Positions 51,054-63,906 are shown, counted from the whole stretch's first letter. The stretch is DNA of 63,906 nt, filler included, from Octopus bimaculoides (GCF_001194135.2; 7 parts of 7 records of this genome joined end to end with filler, not necessarily neighbours in it), one strand, 5' to 3'. The notes: generated by a model from the sequence alone, not told the origin. Translations and numbers: made by a program.

Positions 51054-53580
51054 NNNNNNNNNNNNNNNNNNNNNNNNNNNNNNNNNNNNNNNNNNNNTTA
51101 ATTAATTAANNNNNNNNNNNNNNNNNNNNNNNNNNNNNNNNNNNNNNNNNNNNCTTTCTCTATTGGCAAGCAATCTTTATATAAAACTGAACAATGACAA
51201 ACATACCTACAAAATCTTTTTTGATATGTACATGTGTTTGAAGGAGTTTCTGTTGTATATTATATGTTGATATGTATATATACACATATATATGCATATA
51301 AAGTTATATATGTAGTACATATATAAAAAGTATGCATACATATAAGTTTGGGTTTTCATATATCTATATATAGAAACAGATATTAAGATATCCCTATTTC
51401 TATATGGCTTTTTGACAATAGGCAGGAATCAACGCATTAGTAATGAGGAAAAAAAATTAATATCCAGTCTAAGGAGGAAGTAATAGAAAAAGCAAGATTG
51501 AAAATACAAAAAAGAAAAGAAAAAGGTTTCTTATATTATTGTACATTATGAGGACCATTCTGGGAATAGGTCAAGCACCTAAATTAATTTGACAGTTGCA
51601 CATACATGAAATACCATAAGTGTGTGTGTGTATTTGTACATATATATGCGTGTGTGTGTCTGTGTGTATGTGTATATATGTGTATACACCGACAATGAAC
51701 GCAAACACACACAAGCACACTTGTACATGCATTCATAAATCCATAAATACATATATGCATGCATACATATGCGATGAGGGTGGGGGAAGAGAGACTAAGA
51801 GATCTCCAGCGAAGGGGACAAGTGAATCTAATCTATTATTGGTCAGAGGAATGTGCTAATATTGTTACCTAGTAAGGTCAGTGCCGATGACTAAGACAGA
51901 AAGATGGACAAACTAATGTTTTGTAGCCGCTTTACATAGCTAGCAGACAGCGTCCCTGCTGAAACCACATCAATGTCTACTGAGAGAAATTACATTATGA
52001 ATTTTACTGGGGGACGGACAGGCGTTCGACTTAAAGTTCAGATATAATACGGTCTGGAGCAGTTAGAAATATTTTAATAAAAGGAAAAATTGCTGTGAAT
52101 GAAAAACGAGGATCACGAAGAACGGGAGGAAAGCACAAAATGAAAAAACGAAAACAACTAGAATGGAATTGACAGATATGAGGGGAAATAGTTAAAATAG
52201 TAAAACTGGTTGGTAAGATGGTCGGGGTGAGACCGAGAATATCAATAAGGNNNNNNNNNNNNNNNNNNNNNNNNNNNNNNNNNNNNNNNNNNNNNNNNNN
52301 NNNNNNNNNNNNNNNNNNNNNNNNNNNNNNNNNNNNNNNNNNNNNNNNNNNNNNNNNNNNNNNNNNNNNNNNNNNNNNNNNNNNNNTCACGAAGAACGGG
52401 AGGAAAGCACAAAATGAAAAAACGAAAACAACTAGAATGGAATTGACAGATATGAGGGGAAATAGTTAAAATAGTAAAACTGGTTGGTAAGATGGTCGGG
52501 GTGAGACCGAGAATATCAATAAGGCTAGGAAAGACTATGATAAGTCTTTTGTGCCGTCAAATTGGTAACGCTGTATCCATGTGTCTAAAGATGTTATGCT
52601 TACGCTTGCTTTCAGTATACCTCGGTTATCGTATATAAGAATGCATCTGTATACAACAAATCACTTGGACGTTTGTATCTCAGCAGTTTCCTTACCATTT
52701 ATTTCTCTTTTCGCTTTTCCTCTATACATATTCACAACTACTATGGTTACTTCAATGGTTTATGGTTGGTCTCTAGTGAATGTCTATGGGTCACCTAATA
52801 TTTGTTGTTATATCTATCTTTATCGTTCTGTGACAAATGCAAATAGCATCAAGCGCTGGGGTGTGGTGGCAGAAAACTCTAAAACATTGTGAATTTGCAC
52901 TAATAAATATGAGGGGTGAAGGAGGCTGGTGTATAGGAGGATTTGAGTTAAAGGAGAATGCCGACTAAAAGGGAGTTAACAAGAAAGTCTCAGCAAGGCA
53001 GTACGTGACAGAAGTGTCGAGGTGAGGTCGAGGGATGCTGCCATAAGTACTGGCAACGGTAGATGTAGTAAAGAGAGAAAAATAAAAATAAAGTAAAGTC
53101 CGTGTGTAATAACAGCAGAAACCATGATGTAGTCGATCGCTAGCTAGAAATATCTGACACCAAAAATAAATAATAATAATATCTACATCCCTTCTCCTAT
53201 GCATCTGTGTCATAGCCGGAGGCACTTAATATTGCTGAAAGTCTTCCGTTTATACATTTTATAGAGAATAGCTGCAACATTATGGAACTGCTTGTAGCAT
53301 TGTGTTATTGAAGAGAGATAGCCAGGGTTAGGAAGAGAGAAAATCAGGTTAATGGGCGTTTGTTATTTGCCTTCACCAGACTCCAAGTTCGAGTATTAAT
53401 AACTGGTTGTGTCCTGTTATCGCACTTTTTTTTTTCCTGTTTCCGTGACAAAATAACCACTAAGATACTGATGACCCTCTTATATGGTAGTGACATCGGG
53501 CAGCTGTTTCTACGATTCTCAGACATTATTTTGATAAATAGAAGATAAAATTTTCGAATTATCTATTTTTTTGTTTTCGG

Positions 53581-53628
<48 letters not shown>

Positions 53629-53633
53629 TATTG

Positions 53634-53697
<64 letters not shown>

Positions 53698-53707
53698 CAT
53701 CATCATC
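53581..53707. repeat. (CAT)n/(TAT)n microsatellite
   Basis: Direct reading. Confidence 0.95.
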
Positions 53708-53974
53708 NNNNNNNNNNNNNNNNNNNNNNNNNNNNNNNNNNNNNNNNNNNNNNNNNNNNNNNNNNNNNNNNNNNNNNNNNNNNNNNNNNNNNNNNNNNNN
53801 NNNNNNNNNNNNNNNNNNNNNNNNNNNNNNNNNNNNNNNNNNNNNNNNNNNNNNNNNNNNNNNNNNNNNNNNNNNNNNNNNNNNNNNNNNNNNNNNNNNN
53901 NNNNNNNNNNNNNNNNNNNNNNNNNNNNNNNNNNNNNNNNNNNNNNNNNNNNNNNNNNNNNNNNNNNNNNNNNN

Positions 53975-54330
53975 TCGTCAGTCTTTACGTTCTGTGTTCA
54001 AATTGCGCCGAAGCAGTAGACTATGCTTTTCATCCTTTCGGGATCGATAAAATAAGTATCAGTGGAGCACTGGTGTTTATGTAACCGACTTATTCCCTCC
54101 CCTAAAATTACTGGCCTTGTGACAAAATTTGAAACCATTACTGTAAGTATTATTGTCTAAGAACGGCGAACTGGCAGAACTGTCAGCCCGCCGGACAAGA
54201 TGCTGAGCGGAAAATACAACCGAGGTCAACATTGCCTTACATCCTTTCAGGGTAGATAAATTAAGCGCTGGGCTCAATGTAGGGGACTAGCCACTCCCAC
54301 TAAAATTTCAGGCCTTGGACCAATAGTAGC
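53975..54330 (+). mobile_element. Two SINE family B copies
   Basis: CTTTTCATCCTTTCGGGATCGATAAAATAAGTA core and GGCGAACTGGCAGAA head. Confidence 0.75.
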
Positions 54331-54446
54331 AATGATTCTTCTTCTTCTTCTTTTAATAAGATACTCTAAAATGTTTGTAAACGTTCTTCCTCTTACATAT
54401 AAATCTTCAAAATTATTTAAGTACAGCCATAGGAAAGTCATCATTT

Positions 54447-54800
54447 ATATACATAAATGGCAATTTCTGTCTGTTTGTGGCTGGGCGTGTGTGTTTGTGA
54501 ATTTGTTACTTTTACTGTGCCGAGACTATCCAACCAATTTTGATGAATCTTGACACGTGTGTGGTGGCGGGAACCTATGCGGTCACTTACGCACTTGGGA
54601 ATTTTTTAAAACTCGGTAATTTTTAAGTAGCACCGATTTTTCAAAATTCAATAGGACATTTCAATGCAATTTCTAATATGAATGTTATTTGAAGTTTTCA
54701 ACCGGTTTTCTTGAAATTTTACACACAGATGGAATATGCGCTAAGGATGGGTTGAGACAAATCAATTTTTACCTAGGTTACTCAAGCAAAGCGTAAGATG
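54447..54800 (+). mobile_element. Possible non-autonomous Helitron-like element
   Basis: TATATACATAAATGGC start, TGTCTGTTTG microsatellite, CCAATTTTGATGAA and ACCGGTTTTCTTGAAATTTTACAC motifs and an internal inverted repeat at about 54598-54648, as I recall for Helitron-N elements; 3' hairpin/CTAG not clean. Confidence 0.35.
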
Positions 54801-54879
54801 ATTTTTGATTAACTGATTAACGACATTTGGCCTAAATTGTTGCTGGGTTAAAATGTTCATCAATTATTTCAGCATTCTC

Positions 54880-55020
54880 AGGGTAGAAAGCTTATACATA
54901 GACACAATATAGAAAGCAAATCCTATCAGTATTGATATTTTTACTGATAGGACCTGCTGATAGGACTGTACTGATAGGATTTGCTTTCTATATTGTGTCT
55001 ATGTATAAGCTTTCTACCCT
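54880..55020. repeat. Perfect 52-bp inverted repeat with 37-bp spacer
   Basis: 54880-54931 is the exact reverse complement of 54969-55020. Confidence 0.95.
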
Positions 55021-55698
55021 TCTATACTTTTTACTTGGATTTTATATTTTTATATATTTTTTATATTTTTTACATAATTATAGAGTTAATGTTTTTGTAT
55101 TTTTTCCACACATTCTTCTATTTACTCCCCTCCACCCTGTTTTTTTTCCTGTGCATCTACAGACACGTACTTGGTAACTTATGTGCGCGCTTGTGAGTGT
55201 GAGTGTGTGCGTGTGTGCGGGTACGTGCGTATATAGTTATATGTGCGTGCATGCGAAAATATGCGCAGTTTTAGACGCAGTTCAACTTTATAGTTTTCCC
55301 ACACTTGCTTTAGCCCTATATAAAATAATTTTTTGCGTGCGTGTGTATGGTTATTGTGTGCGTGTGAGTGTGGATGTGTATGCGTGTATATATATGCATA
55401 TGTACATATATGTATAGTCTTTGGCAAGTATGTAGGTGAGCATCAATGTGTTTACATACAAGTATAGTTTTTGGCGAGTATGTGGGTGAGCATGTGTGTG
55501 TTTAAAGCGAGGGTAGTTTTAGCATATAAATATAGGCGAATGTACGGATTGGTACGCTTACGCGAACCTGTAGACTTCTCTACTCCCTTAAATTTCCTTT
55601 ACTTAGCGGTCTATTAGCTCTTTTGTCTCATTGATGGTTACCACACAGTAATTTCCCTTGGTTTAACGGTCATTTTTCACAGGAATTTTCAATGGCCG

Positions 55699-55759
55699 GA
55701 TAACTGAAGAGATGTTGGCGTGGGCTCCCACCCCGGCATCCGAAACTCGGAGTTTTATC
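55699..55759 (+). ncRNA. Type I hammerhead ribozyme motif with long stem II
   Basis: GATAA-CTGAAGA-GATGTTGG(C)GTGG[GCTC]CCAC(C)CCGGCATC-C-GAAA-CTCGGAG-TT-TTATC. Confidence 0.75.
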
Positions 55760-56064
55760 ATGGCTACCGAATAAGTGCACATATTTTTACAGATATATAT
55801 ATATATTATAATATTAGGGAATATAAAATTCCAAACTTACTGCTATAATATGGCCACGAAACGCGCATAGTCGACACTTTACCTTCTATTTTTATCAATT
55901 TACTAAGTTGAATTAAATTTTTAGTCTAGTATTTTATAGGTTTTTATGCATTTTATAGATCTCTATAGTATTTTGTAGAGGACGTTTTTCTTGGTGGTGA
56001 TTGGTCTCCTTCGTTGTTTGAATTGTATATTGGTGGTTCTTCTCTAAATTATATTTATATATAC

Positions 56065-56104
<40 letters not shown>

Positions 56105-56388
56105 GTTTCTTTATTAGCCACACAGGGCTCAACACAGAGGGGACAAAATACAAATGTAGAATTTTTCTTTTCGAGGGGGGCGAAAACAAGGCAGAAAAAA
56201 ACAAAAGTGGGGACAACGATGAAAAAAAAATCGCAAAACGTTTGGGGTATTTACAAGAAATACGAAANNNNNNNNNNNNNNNNNNNNNNNNNNNNNNNNN
56301 NNNNNNNNNNNTTAATTAATTAANNNNNNNNNNNNNNNNNNNNNNNNNNNNNNNNNNNNNNNNNNNNGCAATGGCTCAGTGGTTAGGG

Positions 56389-56745
56389 CAGCGGACTCGC
56401 GGTCATAGGATCGCGGTTTCGATTCCCAGACCGGGCGTTGTGAGTGTTTATTGAGCGAAAACACCTAATGCTCCACGAGGCTCCTGCAGGGGATGGCGGC
56501 GAACCCTCCTGTACTCTTTCACCACAACTTTCTCTCACTCTTACTTCCTGTTTCTGTTGTGCCTGTAATTCAATAGGGTCAGCCTTGTCACACTGTGTCA
56601 CGCTGAATATCCCCGAGAACTACGTTAAGGGTACACTTGTCTGTGGAGTGCTCAGCCACTTGGACGTTAATTTCACGAGCAGACTGTTCCGTTGATCGGA
56701 TCAACTGGAACCCTCGACGTCGTAAGCGACGGAGTGCCAACAACC
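56389..56745 (+). mobile_element. tRNA-derived SINE family E, near full length
   Basis: A box TGGCTCAGTGG, B box GGTTTCGATTCC, 3' end CGTCGTAAGCGACGGAGTGCCAACAAC. Confidence 0.85.
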
Positions 56746-57364
56746 TCTGCAGTGAATGGAAGAAATAATCTGATAAATATAATTTGAAATGTTACTTTTC
56801 AAAAACCTGTTCCCTAGTTCTACAAAAGAGAATGAATAATGGATCCATAATTGATTCTAATGAGGAATAATGTTCCTTGATCACGTGACTGATTTGAAGC
56901 ATGCTGCACGTTCATTTGGCGCTCTTTTACTGTAAGGTGGACTATAATAACTGGTGAGTGAATGCGTGTTACTCAGTTGACCAAAAAGTATGAAGTCGAA
57001 CAACGAAAGGACTACAGGACACAAGACATCCGGCCCTGTACGATTTCTTCTCTGGGAAAGTTGCCTTGCTGGGTTGGTTCGCGGATTCCCAGCTGCTGAC
57101 TTGGTTGTTGGAACCATGTTGGTGTCAGGAGGCTGCATTTTACAACAATATGTGTCTGTGTGCATTCGTCCGCGCGCGCGCACTTTGCTTGTACTCCCAC
57201 CACCTCCTGACAACCGACGTTGCTTCCGTTCTCGTCAGCTGGCTGTTCGGTAAAAGTGATCGATTGCATCAAAATACCACACTTAATAGGTAAAGGACTG
57301 GTGTCAATTCGTTCGACTAAACACTTCAGGGCTGTGCTCCATCCTAGCCACCCACCTATGACTG

Positions 57365-57401
<37 letters not shown>

Positions 57402-57879
57402 GGCGTGAGTGTGTGTGTATGTATGGATGTATGTTTATGAACAGACTCTCCTCACAGTGCTTTATAAGTGTTTCACTGATTGTATCGATCCCAATGCTTT
57501 ATCAGTTATTCATATCATTGATCTCATAAGATGCTGAAAGGGAAATCGATCTCCGAAAGAACGATTTACGCGACAGGTTTTTGCCAGATATATTTTCACA
57601 CCCACACACAGACACAAACATCCACATACACATACAGGATTCCTAGCTTTGACCAAGGAGGCACAGGTTCGATTCCTGGCATGCAAACACAATTAGGCTT
57701 AGGCATGGCTGCAAGCTTAAGAAATTCGCTTTCTTAACAATAACTTGGTTTCCGGTTCTTTCCCATTGCGTGGCCCTTTGAGCAAACACCTCTTCATATA
57801 GCCCCGGGCCGACCAGTGTCTCGTGAATGAATTTGATTGGGGAAAGTTGCGTGGGAGCCTATCTTGTATATGGATTGGG

Positions 57880-58130
57880 TTAATCACATTTACTCAACCT
57901 ATCTGGATGATTAAATAAGATTAACACAATTCATGTTACATCATCCGGATTATCCAGTCGGGCCGTTCCGTCAGATAAAAAAAGTCTGAGTACATGCTCC
58001 CAAGTACTAATTCCTCCCGATCATGATATTTACCTAGGGTCACATTGCAGTCACCCATTAATACTAATGAATGAGATGTATCCAGGAACATCTTGATTTG
58101 CTTACAGATGTCTGGACAGCTTCCTTACTT
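57880..58130 (-). mobile_element. Decayed L1/Tx1-type APE endonuclease fragment
   Basis: Minus frame ..KQIKMFLDTSHSLVLMGDCNVTL.. (GDFN-type motif), then RLDNPD in another frame. Confidence 0.45.
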
Positions 58131-58377
58131 CGGGTGGAGAACAAATTAGCTTCAAGGCAATACCTTGCCTGCTACTAACATATAAAACAACTGATTCGTT
58201 GTCTTAATACCAACAGATCGCCCCTTACCTCGAGGTGCGTGCCTTTACTCAGCAGTCCTACTACTTTAATAAAACATGACAACTAAAAGATGTTAACGTC
58301 TCAGAATCAGCCATTTGGATAAAGGATCACTGAGGGTGAGAAACTGCAAACATGTCTTGCTATTGTTGCAACGAGAA

Positions 58378-58448
<71 letters not shown>

Positions 58449-58454
58449 CGAGCC

Positions 58455-58687
58455 AGGCGGCGAGCTGGCATAAACATGAGCACGCCGGGCGAAATGCTTA
58501 GCGGTATTTCGTCTGCCGCTACGTTCTGAGTTCAAATTCCGCCGAGGTCGACTTTGCCTTTCATCTTTTCGGGGTCGATTAAATAAGTACCAGTTACGCA
58601 CTGGGGTCGGTATAATCGACTTAATCCGTTTGTCTGTCCTTGTTTGTCCCCTCTGTGTGTAGCCCCTTGTGGGCAGTAAAGAAATAA
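58455..58687 (+). mobile_element. SINE family B, best-preserved copy, next to (CA)n
   Basis: GGCGGCGAGCTGGCA..CTGAGTTCAAATTCCGCCGAGGTCGACTTTGCCTTTCATCTTTTCGGGGTCGATTAAATAAGTACC. Confidence 0.9.
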
Positions 58688-59037
58688 CACACGTATACCA
58701 CCTATCCAAAGATACTACAGGTTTCCACATAATTTCCGTCTTCCAAATTCACTGACGAAGTATTGATCGGCTCGGTGCAATAGTAGAAGACTGAACCCTA
58801 TTGCAATGCAATTTTCTTAACCCAAAAGCTGAGCCTGCACTTCAGTTTCTCACTAATGACCATGGATGAAGGCCGTAACTTCCCGCCATATCGGAACTAC
58901 GTTGTCTGTGTCTGAACATAGACAAAGTAATGATGTCGCTTTCTTCGATTAAATTCCTTGAGAGCGGTGCCCTAGTTTGGCCGCGATCCAATGACTGAAA
59001 CAAAAGAATATGAAAACCATATAAGCCATGTACATAC

Positions 59038-59430
59038 AATGGGCGTGGCTGTGTGGTAAGAAGTTTGCTTTGAAACCACATGGTTCGGGGTTCAGTCCCA
59101 CTACGTGGCACCTAAGGTAAGTGTCTTCTGCTATAGACTCGGGTCGACCAAAGTCATGTAAGTGGATTTGGTAGACGGAAACTGAAAGAAGCCCTTCACA
59201 TATATATATATTATATATTCGTGTGTTTGTGCCTGTACCCTACCATCGTTTGACAACCAATGCTGGTGTGTTTACGTCCGCAAAACGTAGTGGTTCGGCG
59301 AAAGAGACCGATAGTATAAGTACCAGGCTTACAAAGAATAAGTCCAGGAGTCGATATCTTGGGCTAAAAGGCGATGCTCCAACATGGCCACAGTCAAAAT
59401 TACTGAAACTAGTAAAGGAATAAAAGAATA
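59038..59430 (+). mobile_element. SINE family A, full length
   Basis: Head GGCTGTGTGGTAAG..GGTTCAGTCCC through tail CTGAAACTAGTAAAGGAATAAAAGAATA. Confidence 0.85.
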
Positions 59431-59530
59431 NNNNNNNNNNNNNNNNNNNNNNNNNNNNNNNNNNNNNNNNNNNNTTAATTAATTAANNNNNNNNNNNNNN
59501 NNNNNNNNNNNNNNNNNNNNNNNNNNNNNN

Positions 59531-59576
<46 letters not shown>

Positions 59577-59661
59577 ATGTATGTATGTATGTATGTATGT
59601 ATGTTTATGAATGTGTTAGTGTAGAACATGTGCTATAAACATATATTCAATTATATATGTG

Positions 59662-59699
<38 letters not shown>

Positions 59700-59754
59700 C
59701 ACACACACACACGCTCACACACACACACACGCTCACACACACAGACACACATAT

Positions 59755-59940
59755 ATCTAGTTCAAGTTTATAGAAATACAAAGACGAAGACATGTGTATG
59801 AACAAATGAGTGTATTAGTTTGACGCTAGGGAAAAATGCAAAAGTCTTTTACGTTTCGCGCCTACGCTCTACAACAGAAAGGAATAAGAGGAAATAAATA
59901 GAGAGAAAATGAAAACAAATGGGGGGGTTGACCTCAGTGT
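59755..59940 (-). mobile_element. Short non-coding HHR-bearing repeat, CUGU-core family
   Basis: Minus: CTTT-CTGTTGT-A-GAGC(GTAG)GCGC-GAAA-CG-TA-AAAG at 59881-59846; aligns with 41290-41500. Confidence 0.65.
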
Positions 59941-60739
59941 GTGTGTATATACACACACACTCACACACATACACACATATATTGCCTGTATATATATATG
60001 CAGAAAAAACACTGAAATCTCACACAACTAAGTCTCATCAATTGATATAACGAATGTCCTGACCATATATAACTTTTAATGCGTTTACAGCTTGAGTGCA
60101 CTAATCTACGTGACCCCCATAACCCACAGATTCAAATGAGGACTTCCGACGATATCGTTTGCATGTAGTGCATGTAAAGCAATTTAGTGGTCCCAAAATA
60201 GGGCTTCCAGTCCTGTCAAAGCTCTTAAGTATCCCATTAGGGCATGGTGTATTTCACACACAAAGTAAATGGAACATGGAACACTCGGCAATTACTAGAG
60301 TGTTATTGTCACTTGGGATAGTTTTTGTGACTCTCTTGTAGGCTACTCTCATTTGCTAAAGATTTTAGCAATGCATGCTAAGATGGGGCATGTCTTAGGC
60401 ATAAATAAACATTTGCTTTCTGTTTCTCTGTGTGTGTGCGCACGTCTGAGTATGTGTTTGTATGTGAAGCGATTAATCCAAGAAAGAACACGCAACTATG
60501 ATATAATATTAAATTGCTGTTGTAATATGTGGACAAATTAAAAAAAGAAAATTACTATTGCCAGACAGGCTTCTTCTACATACATACATATATATGCAGT
60601 ACATACATACATACTTACATACATACATGCATGCATACATACGTACGTAGTACATACATACATACATACATACATACATACGTACGTACGTAGTACATAT
60701 ATGCATACATACATCCAAACATCTATATGCCTACACAAA

Positions 60740-60857
<118 letters not shown>

Positions 60858-61899
60858 NNNNNNNNNNNNNNNNNNNNNNNNNNNNNNNNNNNNNNNNNNN
60901 NNNNNNNNNNNNNNNNNNNNNNNNNNNNNNNNNNNNNNNNNNNNNNNNNNNNNNNNNNNNNNNNNNNNNNNNNNNNNNNNNNNNNNNNNNNNNNNNNNNN
61001 NNNNNNNNNNNNNNNNNNNNNNNNNNNNNNNNNNNNNNNNNNNNNNNNNNNNNNNNNNNNNNNNNNNNNNNNNNNNNNNNNNNNNNNNNNNNNNNNNNNN
61101 NNNNNNNNNNNNNNNNNNNNNNNNNNNNNNNNNNNNNNNNNNNNNNNNNNNNNNNNNNNNNNNNNNNNNNNNNNNNNNNNNNNNNNNNNNNNNNNNNNNN
61201 NNNNNNNNNNNNNNNNNNNNNNNNNNNNNNNNNNNNNNNNNNNNNNNNNNNNNNNNNNNNNNNNNNNNNNNNNNNNNNNNNNNNNNNNNNNNNNNNNNNN
61301 NNNNNNNNNNNNNNNNNNNNNNNNNNNNNNNNNNNNNNNNNNNNNNNNNNNNNNNNNNNNNNNNNNNNNNNNNNNNNNNNNNNNNNNNNNNNNNNNNNNN
61401 NNNNNNNNNNNNNNNNNNNNNNNNNNNNNNNNNNNNNNNNNNNNNNNNNNNNNNNNNNNNNNNNNNNNNNNNNNNNNNNNNNNNNNNNNNNNNNNNNNNN
61501 NNNNNNNNNNNNNNNNNNNNNNNNNNNNNNNNNNNNNNNNNNNNNNNNNNNNNNNNNNNNNNNNNNNNNNNNNNNNNNNNNNNNNNNNNNNNNNNNNNNN
61601 NNNNNNNNNNNNNNNNNNNNNNNNNNNNNNNNNNNNNNNNNNNNNNNNNNNNNNNNNNNNNNNNNNNNNNNNNNNNNNNNNNNNNNNNNNNNNNNNNNNN
61701 NNNNNNNNNNNNNNNNNNNNNNNNNNNNNNNNNNNNNNNNNNNNNNNNNNNNNNNNNNNNNNNNNNNNNNNNNNNNNNNNNNNNGTGTGTGTGTTTGTGT
61801 GTGTGTGTGTGTTTTGTTGTAACCATTATTTCGTTGTTTCGTTGTTATGGTTGTAGATTTTGTTCTCTGCTGTTGTTGATGGTGTTGAAAACGGTGATG

Positions 61900-61901
61900 A
61901 A

Positions 61902-61970
<69 letters not shown>

Positions 61971-61975
61971 AATGA
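61900..61975. repeat. (GAT)n microsatellite
   Basis: Direct reading. Confidence 0.95.
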
Positions 61976-62564
61976 TAATCATGATGATATTGGAGTTGCT
62001 GTTATTGCAGCTACTACTGCTGCTGATGATGATGATGATGCTACCTCTCTCTGCTATAGACCGTATTTAGCAAAATAAGTAAATAGCTGGAGGATGAAAA
62101 GAAATAAAATTGTGCCTTGAGGTACATCTATATCTATATCTAGAAAGTAAGACAAGATAGGTAAATAGAAAGACAGACAGACAAAGAGGCAGGCAGAGAG
62201 GCAGACAGACAGATAGATAAATATAGGTATAAATATAGAGGTATACCTCAAATTACATCGTTTCAAGTTAAGTTTTTTTCTGCTTTACATCCTTTTTTTT
62301 AAAAGAAATTAATAGCAAAAACATAACTTGAGTTCAGTTGATTTATTCAAATTTACGTCGGTCGTATATATATATATATATATATNNNNNNNNNNNNNNN
62401 NNNNNNNNNNNNNNNNNNNNNNNNNNNNNTTAATTAATTAANNNNNNNNNNNNNNNNNNNNNNNNNNNNNNNNNNNNNNNNNNNNCGTTATAAAATAAAA
62501 CTACTGAACAATAATAATAATATGGTTTTCTAATGGTTTCTTAAATATTCTCTAGAACAACACT

Positions 62565-62755
62565 ATGTACAAAACCAAATATATGGCACCCTAGGCATAA
62601 CACCTACATGAACTTCTAACTTGTTGTCTCTTGAGGTATCTGGGTGAGACTTGGAGCCAACTTGTACAAATACAAAGCAAAAGTCAAACATAGAAATAAT
62701 AATAATAATAATNNNNNNNNNNTTGTACAAATACAAAGCAAAAGTCAAACATAGA

Positions 62756-62814
<59 letters not shown>

Positions 62815-62828
62815 TAATAATAATAATT
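62565..62828 (+). mobile_element. 3' end of a (TAA)n-tailed non-LTR element (R4/Dong-like by recollection)
   Basis: ..CTGGGTGAGACTTGGAGCCAACTTGTACAAATACAAAGCAAAAGTCAAACATAGAA followed by (TAA)n; no coding part visible. Confidence 0.4.
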
Positions 62829-62844
62829 TGATCAAAAGTGTTAC

Positions 62845-63906
62845 CACCAGGGGAATAGTTGCGCCATGGGTATTCCCATGGCTGTTAATTTTGCTAATGT
62901 CGTCATGACGAAATTTGAGACACGGTTATTGAAGACATTCAAATCCCTACATGGTCATGAAGCAATACTCTGGTTACGGTTCATTGATGACGTCAGTTAT
63001 GTCTTGGAAGAATCACAGAATAGTTTAATTGACTTCTTGCATTTCTGTGGCTATTTTGCTAAAAACTGTGGGTTTAAGTCCAACATAAAATTTACGTCTA
63101 CTTTTTAAAAAACTAGCGTTGAATTTTTGGGAACAAAAGTTAATTTTTGTGGAGGCAGAATAGTGACGGAGTTATTTTGCAAACCAACGTCATCCCACAT
63201 TTACCTCTACCGCCGCTACGATCATCCACATCATACGATTTCGTCAATCCAAAATCCTAATTTTTGAAGATAAACGGATTTGTACTGACGCGAGAGATTA
63301 CTGGGAACATGCAAATTCTTCTGTACACCATTATGTCAAACGTGGTCACATTGAATAACAATTAAAGAAAATTGCAAGTGAGATAGCTAAGATTAGCAAA
63401 GAAAGATAAACCTTCACGCATAATCTAAGCAAACACAATACAATAGATGACAGAATTTCTTTAGTGATTAACTGGCACCGAAATTTCGCTGGCATTTCAA
63501 AAGTGTTGCATGAAATTTACCAGTATGTGGCGAAAAAATATCCTCGTTTCAAACAGATATTTCCTCAGCCGCCTCTTGTAGCTTTTAGACAGAATAAGAA
63601 TATAAGAGAATTATTGACCTCTATTTCTGACTCCAAGAAAACGAACATTGGAGTATCTACAAGCTGTACCTTAAAGAACAGCCGCAAGAGAGGTAAGCCC
63701 TGGTCATTGTGCAACAACATGAGTGAAGTGAATTTCATCAGGAATCATAACAGAAATGTTATGATTTATACTGAAGGTGAGACATGTAGAGATTCCCATT
63801 TGGTGTACGCGGTAGAACGCACGAAACACAACTTGATTTATGATGGTTGTACAACGGAACAATTAAACAAAAGATTTAATGGGCACAGATATGACGTCAG
63901 GCACAA
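62845..63906 (+). mobile_element. Penelope-like element (Neptune-like), 5'-truncated RT plus start of GIY-YIG
   Basis: CAMGIPMAVNFANVVM..WLRFIDD..IKFTS..VEFLGT..ELFCKPTSSHIYL..HP; PPLVAFRQNKNIRELL; LVYAVERTKHNLIYDGCTTEQLNKRFNGH; stops and frameshifts. Confidence 0.9.

Noticed and set aside
53200-53530. SLPYKRVIS..NTRTWSLVK resembling a Poseidon-type PLE linker
   Set aside because: Very decayed; cannot be distinguished from chance without a profile search.
56389-56460. tRNA-like sequence
   Set aside because: It is the head of a SINE (continues into a body shared with 46390); no complete cloverleaf. The same holds for other SINE heads.

Overview
AT-rich, gap-ridden, microsatellite-saturated eukaryotic DNA. 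The SINE repertoire looks like octopus to me (recognition, not a search). No long intact ORF: the supplied ORF track is almost all microsatellite, gap or transposon translation. The window holds at least 5 families of SINE-like repeats and three Penelope-like (PLE) coding remnants: two Neptune-like, and one probably Hydra-clade with inverted terminal arms. It also holds an internally deleted CR1-type LINE with a CCCH-finger ORF1, RTE and Tx1/L1 scraps, a Tc1 transposon with DD36E spacing, several MITEs and long palindromes. The most striking signal, invisible in the ORF track, is nine hammerhead-ribozyme (HHR)-like motifs in about 64 kb from at least four unrelated repeat families. They include an intact minimal dimer-type motif, a well-formed long-stem-II type I motif, a family with a 31-nt expanded domain II and a family with a CUGU core variant. 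Four sit in ~200-290 bp non-coding, microsatellite-flanked elements resembling solo pseudo-LTRs or retrozymes. A tentative + strand host gene (exons 20246-20345, 29111-29182, 33906-33932, 38680-38841) would encode a 63-aa peptide with ubiquitin-like residue spacing. All family names come from manual motif reading and need database confirmation.
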